Below are positions 1 to 9,510 of a stretch of 57,020 nucleotides of DNA, one piece after another (position 1 is the stretch's first letter; each line of letters starts with the position of its first letter). Both the position numbers and the translations under genes were made by a program. This DNA comes from a candidate division WOR-3 bacterium (lineage in GTDB: Bacteria > Hydrothermota > Tepidihabitantia > SM23-42 > JAOAFX01): positions 1-57,020 of the forward strand of contig JAOAFX010000004.1 in NCBI GenBank assembly GCA_026416055.1. Direction: 5' to 3'. A model generated the notes under the pieces. It saw only the letters and a list, made by a program, of their open reading frames with translations, was not told the origin of the DNA and ran no database searches.

Positions 1-3000
1 TTTATGAAGTTATAAAGGGTTCTACGGGTAATGCCCAGCTTTTCTGCAGCCTTTGTCCGGTTCCAGCCTGTGGCATTGAGTGCCTCAATTATTGCTTCTT
101 TCTCTATTTCTTTTAATGGAACGATTTCTTTTTTTACTTCTCTTCTAAAACCCATATCTTCCATCTTTATCCATTCTCCAGTACAGAGTGTCACCCCCCT
201 TTCAATAACATTCATCAATTCCCTGATGTTTCCAGGCCAGTGGTATTTTTTTAACTTTTCCATAACACCTGGTTCAAAGCCTTTTATATTCTTTCCCAGC
301 TCTTTACAGTATTTATCCAGGAAGAATCGGGCAAGTTCTGGAATATCAATGACTCTTTCCCTTAAAGGCGGCACTTCTATCTTAAAGACATTTATTCTGA
401 AATATAAATCCGGTCTGAATCTACCTTCTTCTACTTCTATCTCAAGGTCTTTATTGGAGGCGAGTATGAATCTGACATCTATCTTTTTTGTGGTGGTTTC
501 GCCCACCCTGCGGATGACTTTATCTTCTATTGCCTCAAGCATCTTTGCCTGAAACCCAGCGGTAGTATTTGAAATCTCATCAAGAAATACTGTTCCACCT
601 TCTGCCTCTTCCAGCAAACCTTTTTTATCTGAAATTGCACCGGTGAATGCACCTTTTTTATGTCCAAAGAGTTCGGATTCAAGAAGGGTTTCTGGTATCG
701 CCCCGCAGTTAATGGAGAGAAATTTTTTGTCTTTCCTCTTGCTTCTTAAATGAATCAAGCGGGCAAGCATTCCTTTACCGGTTCCTGTCTCTCCACAGAT
801 TAAAACTGGTGCATCAGAAAGGGCGATAGCGTCAACGCTTTTATAGATTTTTTTCATCTTTTCTGTTCTGCTTAAAAGATAACCTGCACCCAATTCACTG
901 ATTATCTTTGTCTTTAAAAGAATATTCTCCTGGGTCAAATTCTTAAAAATTATGGATTTTTCCACAATTGAAGCAAGAATCTTTGAGATAGGATTTAAAA
1001 ACTCTTTGTCCTCGTCATTGAATATTGAACCCGCAATCCTTGAATCAAGATATATTGCACCGATGACACTATCTCCTATGACAAGGGGTATGCAGAGGAT
1101 TGAACGAATCTGGTTCAATAAAACACTTTTTCTGACATTGAATCGTGGGTCTTCAAGGGCATTGGGAACAAAGACTATTTTATTCCTGTTTATCTCTCCT
1201 ATTGCTGACTTTGATAGCTCGCGTGCATCTTTAATCGTCTTTTTATCAATATTCCTGCCGGAAATAAATTCCATGCCTTTTTCAGTTCTAATAAATATCG
1301 CTCCCCGCTCAGCCTCGGTCGTTTCAATCACGAGGTCAAGGAGCTTTATCACAAAATCCTCATCGCCAAGATGTGAACTTATGAGTTCAGCAAGTCTTGA
1401 AAATGCATCAAGATACTGAACCGAGATTATCCTTCTTGAGTAATCACGCAGGATTTCTGGATAAAGATTTAATCTCAGTTTCTGAACCCGGTTAAATTCA
1501 AGTTCTGCACCGATAGAGCGGAAAATCTGGCTTGCGGTTTCAAGTTCCTCGGCAACCTCTTTTATTCGCGCCGGCTCAACACCCCTTTCAATGATTGATT
1601 CAATTTTTAACTTTTTTAACCAGGCATAATCATATAAGAAATCTTTGTCTTTTAAGGATTTAAGGTTTGCTTCTATCTCAAGTTTATCTATGATTTCCAA
1701 TCTGAATTTATTTATTTTTATCAATGCATCAGCAATCAGGTCTTCCCGGCTTTCTTTTATCGTAATATCCTTCGCCCTGTTAGCGAGTTCAAGCGACTTT
1801 TTAAAATCACCTGTCTCATAATAAAACTGGCTTGCTTTAAGATAGATTTCGCGCTGGATAGAGATCTCAGCACATTCTTCTTCTAATTTTTTAAGCCCCT
1901 TTTCTACACATTCCTTAGCCAGCGCAACCCTTCCCAGCACTGAATAGACAAGACCGAGACCAATAAGATATAGTATTTCTTCTTTTTTCTTCATTCTCTC
2001 TTCAAGTATTGATTTCGCCTTATCAATTTCAGCAAGTTTATAATAAACAATTGAAAGACCATAACTGGCGTATGCAGAATCAGGACTGATGTTTTTTGCT
2101 TTCTTGTAATACAGAATAGCATCTCGAAATTTACCTGAAATTTCATATATGCTCGCAATTCCTATTACGGCAGTTAACTCATATACTTTATTTTTAATTT
2201 TAGTGCAGAGAGCAAGTGCATTTAGAAAACTGGGTCGCGCACTTTTACTATCACTCATACGATAAGCTAATAACCCTTTATTTACTATCCCCGACACCAG
2301 GGCATTCAAATTTTTAATCCGTTCAAATCCCTCTATCGCCTGCTCAACATATTTCAATCCATTTTCAATATCACCGGTCTGGAGATAAAAAGAACTCAAT
2401 AGATTTGCTGTATAAGCCCGCTGTTTATCAAGATTATTCTTATCACAAAATTTCAGCAACTCCCCACAGATGGATATCCCCTTTTTATATTCACCCCTGA
2501 ACAACTCAAGCATGGCATAATAATATAATGCACCAGCTTCAAGTTCGGGATTTCTTATCTTTCTTGAAATAGCGATAGCTTCATTTATAATTCGTTCACC
2601 TTCTACAAAGTTCTTTAAACATATATAACAATAGGCAATTCGGTTTAAAATTTCTACTATTTTCTCTTCTTCCTTAACCAGTCCAAGGGCATTACTCAAA
2701 TATTCAAGTGCTCTGTTATAATCACCAAGATTGGAATATGCCTTTCCGATACCGAATAGTGCCTCATCCTTTAATTGTTTGAATTCAATAGATTTCTCAT
2801 AGTAATCAATCGCCTTATGATTCTCGCCCGAAAGTAGATAAAGCCCTGCGAGTTTAATTAGAATCGCAGAGTATTCGGGCGATTCTTTATCTTTTGTGCA
2901 CTCAAGTGCATTCAGGTAATAGTCTATCGCCCCTTTTCTATCATTTATTTTTTCAGACTCCTCTCCAGAAAGATAAAAATAGTGGCGTGCCCTCTCTGCA

Positions 3001-4811
3001 TCACCAATCCGGCTATACAATCTACCCAGTAGTGGATAAAAAATCTCCGCAGGCCGTGCATCTTCTATTGCCTTGATAATTTTTCTGGTGATAGAATTAA
3101 CTTCTTCGTCTGATATTCTTTTCTCGGTCAGAATTTTTACAAACTGGTTGGCAGGAGAAAATAATCTCTTGCCTCCTGTGTATTCTTCTCTAACGAGTCC
3201 CAGTAATTTCAGAATTTCAATACTGATATTATTCAACTCCGGAAAGACGCCTCCAATGATAGATGTCTCAAGGGGAAAATCAGCAATACACAAAACCTTG
3301 AGGATATTGAGTGCGTTATCATCAATCCTGCGTAATCTTGCAGATAATATCCCCTTAATATTTTCAGGGATTTTAATCTCCCTCAATGCTGGAATGTCTA
3401 CCTGCCATTTATTGATATGATATTTTAACAAATTTTGGTTATAGAGCATCTTCAATGTTTCTGTAATAAACAAAGGATTGCCACCGGTGTGTTTATGAAG
3501 CCATTCAATAAATGGAGATAAATCATCACTACCCTTTGATTCAATCTCAAAGAAAGTCTTATCAATCAATATCCTTACATCAGCCACTGAAAATGGTCTT
3601 AAATTGAGTTCAAAGAAATTTAAATCCTTAACCCTTGGGTTAGCATCCGAGGTACAGACCATTGCAATGCGGGTATCCTTAAGGCTGTGCCCTATGAATC
3701 GAATTAATCCCAATTCATAGTCATTCAAATCATCAAGGTCATCAATTAGTATAATTAAATTTACACTTTTTCCATAATCAAGGAGTCTTTCGGTTATCTC
3801 TGCATATATCTGAAGTTGATCTTCTTTTTCTGAGAGTTCCAAATCTTTAAAGTTTAAAGCGTTACACAAAAATTCATGAATATAACCATCTCCTCTACCC
3901 GTATAAGAAAATACTTCGTAATCCTGAAAAAGGTATTTATACCTCAATTCTTTGAGCAATCTTGTTTTTCCCGAACCGATCTCACCATAAACCACAACCG
4001 CTTCGCCTTTCAATCTCAATAATTTATCCATAATTTCTGGATTTTCAACAAAACCGGTTGGTGGTAGGTAGACATCATACGATGGAATTGCAATCTTTTT
4101 CTCTGGTAAAAAGTTTTTAAATATCTCATACAATTCTGGTGCTGTGGGTCTCAAGGACGGCTCTTCGGAAAGGAGCCGGATGATGGCATTATTTAGCTCT
4201 TCCGGAACACCCTTTATTGGTTTAACCGGATACTTCAAGTCAGTACCTGATAGTATCTCATAGATTATAACACCGAGTGAATATAAATCACTCCTTTGAT
4301 CCATACCAATCCCTTTTAAAACTTCAGGAGCGACATAACCGATTGTGCCGTATTTTTTAATCTGCCGCGTCGTGATACCAGCAAATCCAAAGTCAATAAG
4401 GACAACTTTCTTCTCTTCAGGGTTATAAATTATATGTTCAGGCTTTAAGTCGCTATGAATAAACCCCTTATTATGAAAGGCACCCAGTCCATTTATCACC
4501 TGAATTACTGCTTCAATAAATTCTGCTGAAAATCGTTGAAAAACCTCATTTATTGGCTTGCCTCTTATGTATTCAAGGACAAAATAAGCCCTTTTATCTG
4601 AAGTAGTGCTATATTCCCTTGTCGGAACAATGTTAGGATGGTTAAATTGAGATAGAATCTGGAATTCCCTCTGGATGAGGTGATTGAATTCAGGTATATT
4701 ATCGCGGGCTATTTTTAAGACAAATTCATGTTCCCTATCCTGAACCTTATAAACTGTTGAATAATTCCCATCTTCAATTTTTTCAATTATTTTGTATTTA
4801 CCTATACGCAT
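1..4811 (-). CDS. Giant fusion regulator: Ser/Thr protein kinase + STAND/AAA_16-like ATPase + TPR repeats + GAF + sigma-54 enhancer-binding AAA+ core + Fis-type HTH (3' end runs off the left window edge)
   Basis: The minus-strand frame is open from the ATG at 4811-4809 to position 3. No stop lies inside the window, which explains its absence from the ORF track; no minus-strand fragments are listed there either. Own translation, all in one frame: kinase catalytic loop HSDLKPEH (4434-4457), DFG (4386-4394) and GTIGYVAPE; Walker A GEIGSGKT (3963-3986); long TPR-like helical repeats (~1500-3050); GAF-like segment (~960-1400); sigma-54 AAA+ Walker A GETGTGKG (771-794), GAFTGA loop (636-653) and WPGNIREL (216-239); C-terminal [16 protein letters not shown] helix-turn-helix (3-50). 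Confidence 0.85.
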   Translation of the reverse strand, partial: MRIGKYKIIEKIEDGNYSTVYKVQDREHEFVLKIARDNIPEFNHLIQREFQILSQFNHPNIVPTREYSTTSDKRAYFVLEYIRGKPINEVFQRFSAEFIEAVIQVINGLGAFHNKGFIHSDLKPEHIIYNPEEKKVVLIDFGFAGITTRQIKKYGTIGYVAPEVLKGIGMDQRSDLYSLGVIIYEILSGTDLKYPVKPIKGVPEELNNAIIRLLSEEPSLRPTAPELYEIFKNFLPEKKIAIPSYDVYLPPTGFVENPEIMDKLLRLKGEAVVVYGEIGSGKTRLLKELRYKYLFQDYEVFSYTGRGDGYIHEFLCNALNFKDLELSEKEDQLQIYAEITERLLDYGKSVNLIILIDDLDDLNDYELGLIRFIGHSLKDTRIAMVCTSDANPRVKDLNFFELNLRPFSVADVRILIDKTFFEIESKGSDDLSPFIEWLHKHTGGNPLFITETLKMLYNQNLLKYHINKWQVDIPALREIKIPENIKGILSARLRRIDDNALNILKVLCIADFPLETSIIGGVFPELNNISIEILKLLGLVREEYTGGKRLFSPANQFVKILTEKRISDEEVNSITRKIIKAIEDARPAEIFYPLLGRLYSRIGDAERARHYFYLSGEESEKINDRKGAIDYYLNALECTKDKESPEYSAILIKLAGLYLLSGENHKAIDYYEKSIEFKQLKDEALFGIGKAYSNLGDYNRALEYLSNALGLVKEEEKIVEILNRIAYCYICLKNFVEGERIINEAIAISRKIRNPELEAGALYYYAMLELFRGEYKKGISICGELLKFCDKNNLDKQRAYTANLLSSFYLQTGDIENGLKYVEQAIEGFERIKNLNALVSGIVNKGLLAYRMSDSKSARPSFLNALALCTKIKNKVYELTAVIGIASIYEISGKFRDAILYYKKAKNISPDSAYASYGLSIVYYKLAEIDKAKSILEERMKKKEEILYLIGLGLVYSVLGRVALAKECVEKGLKKLEEECAEISIQREIYLKASQFYYETGDFKKSLELANRAKDITIKESREDLIADALIKINKFRLEIIDKLEIEANLKSLKDKDFLYDYAWLKKLKIESIIERGVEPARIKEVAEELETASQIFRSIGAELEFNRVQKLRLNLYPEILRDYSRRIISVQYLDAFSRLAELISSHLGDEDFVIKLLDLVIETTEAERGAIFIRTEKGMEFISGRNIDKKTIKDARELSKSAIGEINRNKIVFVPNALEDPRFNVRKSVLLNQIRSILCIPLVIGDSVIGAIYLDSRIAGSIFNDEDKEFLNPISKILASIVEKSIIFKNLTQENILLKTKIISELGAGYLLSRTEKMKKIYKSVDAIALSDAPVLICGETGTGKGMLARLIHLRSKRKDKKFLSINCGAIPETLLESELFGHKKGAFTGAISDKKGLLEEAEGGTVFLDEISNTTAGFQAKMLEAIEDKVIRRVGETTTKKIDVRFILASNKDLEIEVEEGRFRPDLYFRINVFKIEVPPLRERVIDIPELARFFLDKYCKELGKNIKGFEPGVMEKLKKYHWPGNIRELMNVIERGVTLCTGEWIKMEDMGFRREVKKEIVPLKEIEKEAIIEALNATGWNRTKAAEKLGITRRTLYNFI

Positions 4812-4833
4812 CAGGGAATCATACATATATCGT

Positions 4834-4861
4834 AGTTTAACCCATTCTTTTTGTTTGTCAA
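4834..4861 (-). promoter_or_regulatory. Candidate sigma-70-type promoter for the kinase-EBP gene (TTGACA-N16-TAAACT)
   Basis: Reverse complement of 4856-4861 is TTGACA and of 4834-4839 is TAAACT, with a 16-nt spacer. A 22-nt leader follows with no obvious Shine-Dalgarno. The -10 is weak. Confidence 0.35.
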
Positions 4862-5200
4862 TAGATTTTCCCAGAGTTTCAGATGTGGTATTTATCCTGA
4901 AAGGATATTCGGAGATAAAAAATAAAAAAATTTGCCAGTTTCATTTTAGAGAAAAACCCGTTTACAAATCAACTATGTTCGCTATTAAAACATTGTTAAC
5001 CGTTGCATTATATTTTAATTTGCAGTAGCTTTATGGCTCTGGTAGTCAGATAGTTTCTTTTGTTCTTGCCGGTGCTACGATTTGTGTATCTGCAAAGATC
5101 GGTAATGTCGAATTTAAAAAAATTATTTTGTTTTAATCAATTCTGCAGCCTAAACTGCTGATTTAAGCGTTGTCAATTTATAAACCGGAAAATTGATTGA

Positions 5201-5695
5201 TCAATAATCATCAAATCTTTTTGTATAATAATGGCAGGCAGGTGTCTGGTTTTTTCTTTCGTAATAATCCTGGTGATACTCCTCTGCCCTGTAAAATTTA
5301 GAGACCGGCAGAACTTTTGTCATTACATTGTATCCTTTTGTCCTGAGAATATTTATCAGTTTCTCTGCGATACATTTTTCTTCCTCATCATTATAAAATA
5401 TTACCGATTTATATTGCTCACCGATGTCTGGTCCCTGGCCATCAGGTTGGGTTGGATCATGGATTTCAAAAAACAGCCTTGCCAGTTCTTCATAAGAAAC
5501 CTTTTCAGGATCATATGTCACTTCAACTGTTTCATAATGACCGGTCTTTCCTGTTTTCACATCCTGATAAGTCGGATTCTCAAACGAACCTCCCATATAT
5601 CCTGAGACCGCTGAAATAACCCCTTCTTTTTTATCAAAGTAATATTCCACACCCCAGAAACACCCACCGGCAAAATATGCCTTTTTTACCTTCAT
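5201..5695 (-). CDS. msrA: Peptide-methionine (S)-S-oxide reductase MsrA
   Basis: 164-aa ORF with the hallmark N-terminal GGCFWG active-site motif (AYFAGGCFWGVEYYF) and full-length MsrA-like sequence. Confidence 0.93.
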   Translation of the reverse strand: MKVKKAYFAGGCFWGVEYYFDKKEGVISAVSGYMGGSFENPTYQDVKTGKTGHYETVEVTYDPEKVSYEELARLFFEIHDPTQPDGQGPDIGEQYKSVIFYNDEEEKCIAEKLINILRTKGYNVMTKVLPVSKFYRAEEYHQDYYERKNQTPACHYYTKRFDDY

Positions 5696-5701
5696 AAATC
5701 T

Positions 5702-5729
5702 ATTTTATTATTTTTTATTCAAAAATCAA
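5702..5729 (-). promoter_or_regulatory. Candidate promoter TTGATT-N16-TAAAAT, 6 nt upstream of the msrA ATG (leaderless configuration)
   Basis: Reverse complement of 5724-5729 is TTGATT and of 5702-5707 is TAAAAT, with a 16-nt spacer. Only 6 nt (5696-5701) lie before the ATG at 5695 and there is no SD. The AT-rich context raises the chance of a false positive. Confidence 0.4.
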
Positions 5730-5785
5730 TACCCCTAACAACTAACCCAGAATAGTAGCGGTGGTCAATATCTTTCCAAGTTTGG

Positions 5786-5813
5786 TTGACAATTCGACAA
5801 AATTGGTTATAAT
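5786..5813 (+). promoter_or_regulatory. Consensus sigma-70-type promoter (TTGACA-N16-TATAAT) driving the tRNA-Ser pair (and possibly gltX)
   Basis: TTGACA at 5786-5791 and TATAAT at 5808-5813. The first tRNA starts at 5826. Confidence 0.6.
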
Positions 5814-5825
5814 ATAAAAGTTTCT

Positions 5826-5909
5826 GGAGGGCTAGTCCTAACTGGTAAGGCAGCGGACTTGAAATCCGCCGGGAGCAATCCCTTGGGGGTTCGAATCCCT
5901 CGCCCTCCG
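5826..5909 (+). tRNA. tRNA-Ser (anticodon UGA), class II with long variable arm
   Basis: Hand-folded cloverleaf. Acceptor GGAGGGC/GCCCTCC with discriminator G. 3-bp D stem GTC/GGC. Anticodon stem GCGGA/TCCGC with loop CTTGAAA (anticodon TGA). Variable arm GGGA-GCAA-TCCC. T arm GGGGG-TTCGAAT-CCCTC. No encoded CCA. Confidence 0.85.
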
Positions 5910-5999
5910 TTCAAACTGGAAAGGTTGGGAAAAGAATTTGGGATTTGACCGTTGAGCGACCAAAAGCCTTTCCGAGACGATGACAATTGATTGACACAA

Positions 6000-6088
6000 G
6001 GAGAGGTGGCCGAGTGGTCGAAGGCACCCGCTTGCTAAGCGGTTTCTCATCGAAAGATGGGACGGGAGTTCGAATCTCCCCCTCTCCG
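6000..6088 (+). tRNA. tRNA-Ser (anticodon GCU), class II with long variable arm
   Basis: Acceptor GGAGAGG/CCTCTCC with discriminator G. D arm GCC-GAGTGGTCGAA-GGC. Anticodon loop TTGCTAA (anticodon GCT). Long variable arm. T arm GGGAG-TTCGAAT-CTCCC. Confidence 0.85.
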
Positions 6089-6156
6089 TAGACTTGGAGT
6101 TCATTTTGAAATGTGATTGCAGGTAAAGAACTAGCCTGCACCGGGATTTTCTTAAT

Positions 6157-7626
6157 ATGAAACAGGATATCAGAGTCAGAATTGCACCAAGTCCCACTGG
6201 TTTTTTTCATATCGGTAGTGCCCGCACTGCCCTTTACAACTGGCTATTTGCCCGTCATCATAATGGCAAATTCATTTTAAGGATTGAAGATACCGATGCC
6301 ACCCGTTCTTCAAAAGAGATGGTTGAAGTAATCCTTACTTCATTAAACTGGCTCGGACTTGATTGGGATGAAGGTCCACAAAAGGGCGGTGAGTACGGTC
6401 CCTATTTCCAGTCTGAACGAAAAGAAATATATAGAGAATATGCGGAAAAATTGATAAAAGAAGAGAAAGCATACTGGTGTTTTTGCACAGAAGAAGAAAT
6501 AGAAAAAGAGAGGCAGTATTATCTTAATAAAAAAATGGACTGGAAGCACCGGTGCCGGGAAAAATTTACTGAAACTGAAAAGCAAAAAAGAATGAATGCA
6601 GGGATGAAGCCAGCATTGAGATTTAAAGTGCCGGTAGAAAAGAGAATTTCTTTTTCTGACATTGTCCATGGAGTAGTTGAAAAAAATGCCTCTGATATTG
6701 AAGACTTTGTAATCATCAAATCCGATGGCATGCCTACATATAACTTTGCCTGCGTGGTGGATGATTTCCTGATGAAGATAAGCCATGTAATCCGCGGTGT
6801 CGAGCATATTGCCAATACTCCCAAACAAATCATGTTATATGAAGCATTCAATCTCCCGATTCCTTTTTTTGCCCATCTCCCTGTAATACTCGGCAAGGAC
6901 AAAAAGAAACTTTCAAAGCGACTTGGTGCACGCTCGGTGCTGGAATATCGGGATGAAGGTTACTTACCTGATGCACTCATAAACTTTCTTGCCCTCCTGG
7001 GCTGGTCACCAGGTGGTGATGAAGAGATTATGGATCGGGAAAGAATAATAGAACTCTTTACCCTGGAGCGGATAAATCCAGCAAATGCAATCTATGATGA
7101 AACAAAACTTGAGTGGTTGAATAATCATTATATTATAAATCGAATAGATGAAAAAACATTTCTCACCAGCATTGAACCTTTTGTAATTTCTTCAGGATAT
7201 ATCACTGAAGAAGAATACAAAAAAAACAGAGAATGGGTTGACCGGGTATGTCTTTTGATGAGGCCACGCTTAAAGGTGTTGAAGGATATTTCACGTGCAA
7301 AATATTTTTTTACTGATGATTTTGAATATGATGAAAACTCTTTAAAGAAATACCTTAATGATAAAAGTGTCTCCCTAACCAGGGAATTTATGGTAGTTTT
7401 AAAAGAACTTAAAGATTTCAATGCCCATAATATAGAAGATAGTCTAAGAAAATTCTGTGAGCAGAAGGCGATAAAAACCAGGGAATTAATCCATCCCCTC
7501 CGAGTTTACATAACTGGCACAGAAGCCGGTCCTGGACTTTTTGAAACAATGGAACTGATTGGTAGAGCCAGATGTATAAAAAGAGTTTTGAATATAATTG
7601 AAAGGTACGAACATGGAACGAGCTAA
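6157..7626 (+). CDS. gltX: Glutamate--tRNA ligase (GluRS)
   Basis: 489 aa. Class I HIGH motif as PSPTGFFHIGSARTALYNW and KMSKS motif as KLSKR. GluRS-like along the full length. Confidence 0.95.
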   Translation: MKQDIRVRIAPSPTGFFHIGSARTALYNWLFARHHNGKFILRIEDTDATRSSKEMVEVILTSLNWLGLDWDEGPQKGGEYGPYFQSERKEIYREYAEKLIKEEKAYWCFCTEEEIEKERQYYLNKKMDWKHRCREKFTETEKQKRMNAGMKPALRFKVPVEKRISFSDIVHGVVEKNASDIEDFVIIKSDGMPTYNFACVVDDFLMKISHVIRGVEHIANTPKQIMLYEAFNLPIPFFAHLPVILGKDKKKLSKRLGARSVLEYRDEGYLPDALINFLALLGWSPGGDEEIMDRERIIELFTLERINPANAIYDETKLEWLNNHYIINRIDEKTFLTSIEPFVISSGYITEEEYKKNREWVDRVCLLMRPRLKVLKDISRAKYFFTDDFEYDENSLKKYLNDKSVSLTREFMVVLKELKDFNAHNIEDSLRKFCEQKAIKTRELIHPLRVYITGTEAGPGLFETMELIGRARCIKRVLNIIERYEHGTS

Positions 7627-8179
7627 AACAGAAGTTAAAAATAAAAAGGTTGAGGCATATCTCAGTCTGCCTGCTTTTTTATCTATCGTATCTTCTTCCA
7701 TTGAGACATTCAAAAAAGAAACGATCGGTTATCTAATCGGTGTGAAAGGCGAAAATAAATATATGGTTGAATATGCGATACCCTATCAAACTGCCGAAAG
7801 CAGTTTTGCCCATGTGACCATTGATTTAAAAAGGGTAGAAAGAGTAAACTCAATACTCAGATTGCTTTCCGAGGGCCTGGAATATATCGGTGAATTCCAT
7901 TCTCACACTGCATTCGGTGAGTCAAGGGCATATATAATACCATCATCAGAAGACCTTTTGACAACAGTGCCTGGAGAGCTGAATATAATCTGTGCGGTAA
8001 ATCCAAAGAAACGTTCAGTAAAATGGTATGAGAATAAAAATGGTGCGTTAATTGGGACTGTGGATGAATACCGGATTGAAATCGGAGGTTATTTTGTGAA
8101 AAAACCGGCAATAGGAAAAAAATATCAGAGGGTAAGGATAAAGTGTCCTTCAGTGACCGGAATTGGAGTAAAGAGATAA
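7613..8179 (+). CDS. Mov34/MPN/JAB-domain protein (putative JAMM metalloprotease)
   Basis: The ORF track starts at TTG 7598. I prefer ATG 7613, which has AAAGG 7 nt upstream. The sequence has an ETIGYLIG Glu motif followed by EFHSH...SSED, an HxH...SxxD JAMM-like arrangement with a longer 12-residue spacer. Confidence 0.6.
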   Translation: MERAKTEVKNKKVEAYLSLPAFLSIVSSSIETFKKETIGYLIGVKGENKYMVEYAIPYQTAESSFAHVTIDLKRVERVNSILRLLSEGLEYIGEFHSHTAFGESRAYIIPSSEDLLTTVPGELNIICAVNPKKRSVKWYENKNGALIGTVDEYRIEIGGYFVKKPAIGKKYQRVRIKCPSVTGIGVKR

Positions 8180-8557
8180 ATGGAAATATTCGGTATTGGC
8201 ATCGACATAATTGAAGTAGCAAGGATAAAATCAGCGATTGAAAGACATAAAAGATTCATTGATAAAATATTTGCACCTGAAGAGATAAAATTTTCCGACC
8301 GCGGTGTATTCCGTTATGAAGAGCTTGCAGGTCGGTTTGCCGCAAAAGAGGCGGTATTGAAGGCGATAAAGACCGGCTGGCGCAAAGGAATAAGTTATAG
8401 AAATGTTGTGATATTGAATGAAAAAAGTGGGGCGCCTTATGTAGTACTATCCGGTAGAGCAAAAGAAATTTGTGATGAATTGAAAATTATCCGTATTTTT
8501 GTCAGCATCAGCCATACAAAGGAACTGGCGATTGGTCTGGCAATAGCCACTATTTAG
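8180..8557 (+). CDS. acpS: Holo-[acyl-carrier-protein] synthase
   Basis: 125 aa, starting IFGIGIDIIEVARI... with AAKEAVLKA, typical of AcpS. The start codon abuts the stop of the preceding gene. Confidence 0.9.
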   Translation: MEIFGIGIDIIEVARIKSAIERHKRFIDKIFAPEEIKFSDRGVFRYEELAGRFAAKEAVLKAIKTGWRKGISYRNVVILNEKSGAPYVVLSGRAKEICDELKIIRIFVSISHTKELAIGLAIATI

Positions 8558-8571
8558 AAAGGAGCAATGGT

Positions 8572-9510
8572 ATGAAAAAAATAGTATTTTTGTTTGACGG
8601 TCAGGGTGCTTTCAAACCCGGCATTGGTAAAGAACTCTATCAAAAATATAATAAGGCTAAAGAGACGATCGACCTTGGTTGTGAAATCCTGGGTTATGAC
8701 ATAAAAGAATACCTCTGGGGTGAAAAGTCGGCAGAGACAAGCAAGATGACGAGTATTGCCCAGCCTGCGATAAGTCTCGTATCACTTGCCTATGCGAGAA
8801 TTCTTGAGGATATGGGCATCTCAGGCGATGTCTCGCTGGGTCATAGCCTTGGTGAAGCGACTGCAATTGTTTACTGCGGAATAACTGATTTTAAAGATGG
8901 AATCCTGATGATTAAGAAACGGGGTGAGGTAATGGAAAAAGGTGGTAAACACGGTGGAATGATGGCAATCATTAACATTGACCAGGATATCCTTGAAAAA
9001 GAATGTCAAAGAGTTAGTGAAGAAATAAAAGAACCGGTCGTAATCGCAAATATTAATGCGCCAAATCAGATTGTAGTATCAGGTTCAAAACAGGGCATTC
9101 AACTCGTCGCCAGCTTTGCAGCAAATAATAAGGGCAGAGGAATACCTTTAGATGTTGGTGGTGCCTGGCACAGTCCCTATCTAAAAGAGGCATCAGAAGA
9201 ATTCAGTCTATTCCTGGATGGAATTGATTTCAAAAATCCCACGCATAGTTTTTATTCAGTAGTGGAACAGAAAATCCTCACCGATGGGAACCTGATTAAA
9301 GATTCCCTAAAAAAGCAAATGCTGGCAAGGGTCGACTGGGTACAGGCAATAAATAATTTGAAGGCACTCGGCTATGAATATTTCCTTGAAATAGGACCGA
9401 GCAGGATATTGAAAGACCTTGTAAATAAAATTGATTCTTCATTAAAATGTGATTCGGTCGCTCTCTATCCAGAACTGGAAACACTGGTATCGGATATTTC
9501 TCAAAAATGA
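8572..9510 (+). CDS. fabD: Malonyl CoA-ACP transacylase
   Basis: 312 aa with FLFDGQGA and the GHSLGE active-site serine motif. Sits next to acpS. Confidence 0.92.
   Translation: MKKIVFLFDGQGAFKPGIGKELYQKYNKAKETIDLGCEILGYDIKEYLWGEKSAETSKMTSIAQPAISLVSLAYARILEDMGISGDVSLGHSLGEATAIVYCGITDFKDGILMIKKRGEVMEKGGKHGGMMAIINIDQDILEKECQRVSEEIKEPVVIANINAPNQIVVSGSKQGIQLVASFAANNKGRGIPLDVGGAWHSPYLKEASEEFSLFLDGIDFKNPTHSFYSVVEQKILTDGNLIKDSLKKQMLARVDWVQAINNLKALGYEYFLEIGPSRILKDLVNKIDSSLKCDSVALYPELETLVSDISQK

Noticed and set aside
31-3420. Plus-strand ORFs 31-552, 952-1419, 2894-3076 and 3073-3420 from the ORF track
   Set aside because: Their translations are low-complexity and Ser/Ile/Phe-rich with no motifs. 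They lie antisense to a continuous, motif-rich minus-strand frame (the kinase-EBP fusion) and are best explained as shadow ORFs.
4792-5028. 78-aa plus-strand ORF in the gap between the kinase-EBP gene and msrA
   Set aside because: It overlaps the start of the minus-strand gene and its promoter. It has no SD or promoter and an odd composition. The remaining ~340 nt (4862-5200) showed no convincing RNA gene or repeat.
5826-6088. tRNA-Ser locus as the attachment site of a genomic island
   Set aside because: No integrase, no duplicated tRNA 3' fragment and no compositional break are visible. The flanking genes are core housekeeping (msrA, gltX).
5838-6210. Minus-strand ORFs 5838-6197 and 5911-6210
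   Set aside because: They run antisense across two well-folding tRNA-Ser genes and the gltX start, so they are artefacts of the six-frame scan.
6343-7713. Minus-strand ORFs inside gltX (6343-6828, 6519-6902, 7128-7421, 7486-7713), and similar antisense ORFs inside most other long genes
   Set aside because: They are antisense to strongly supported conserved genes, have low-complexity translations and lack start signals.
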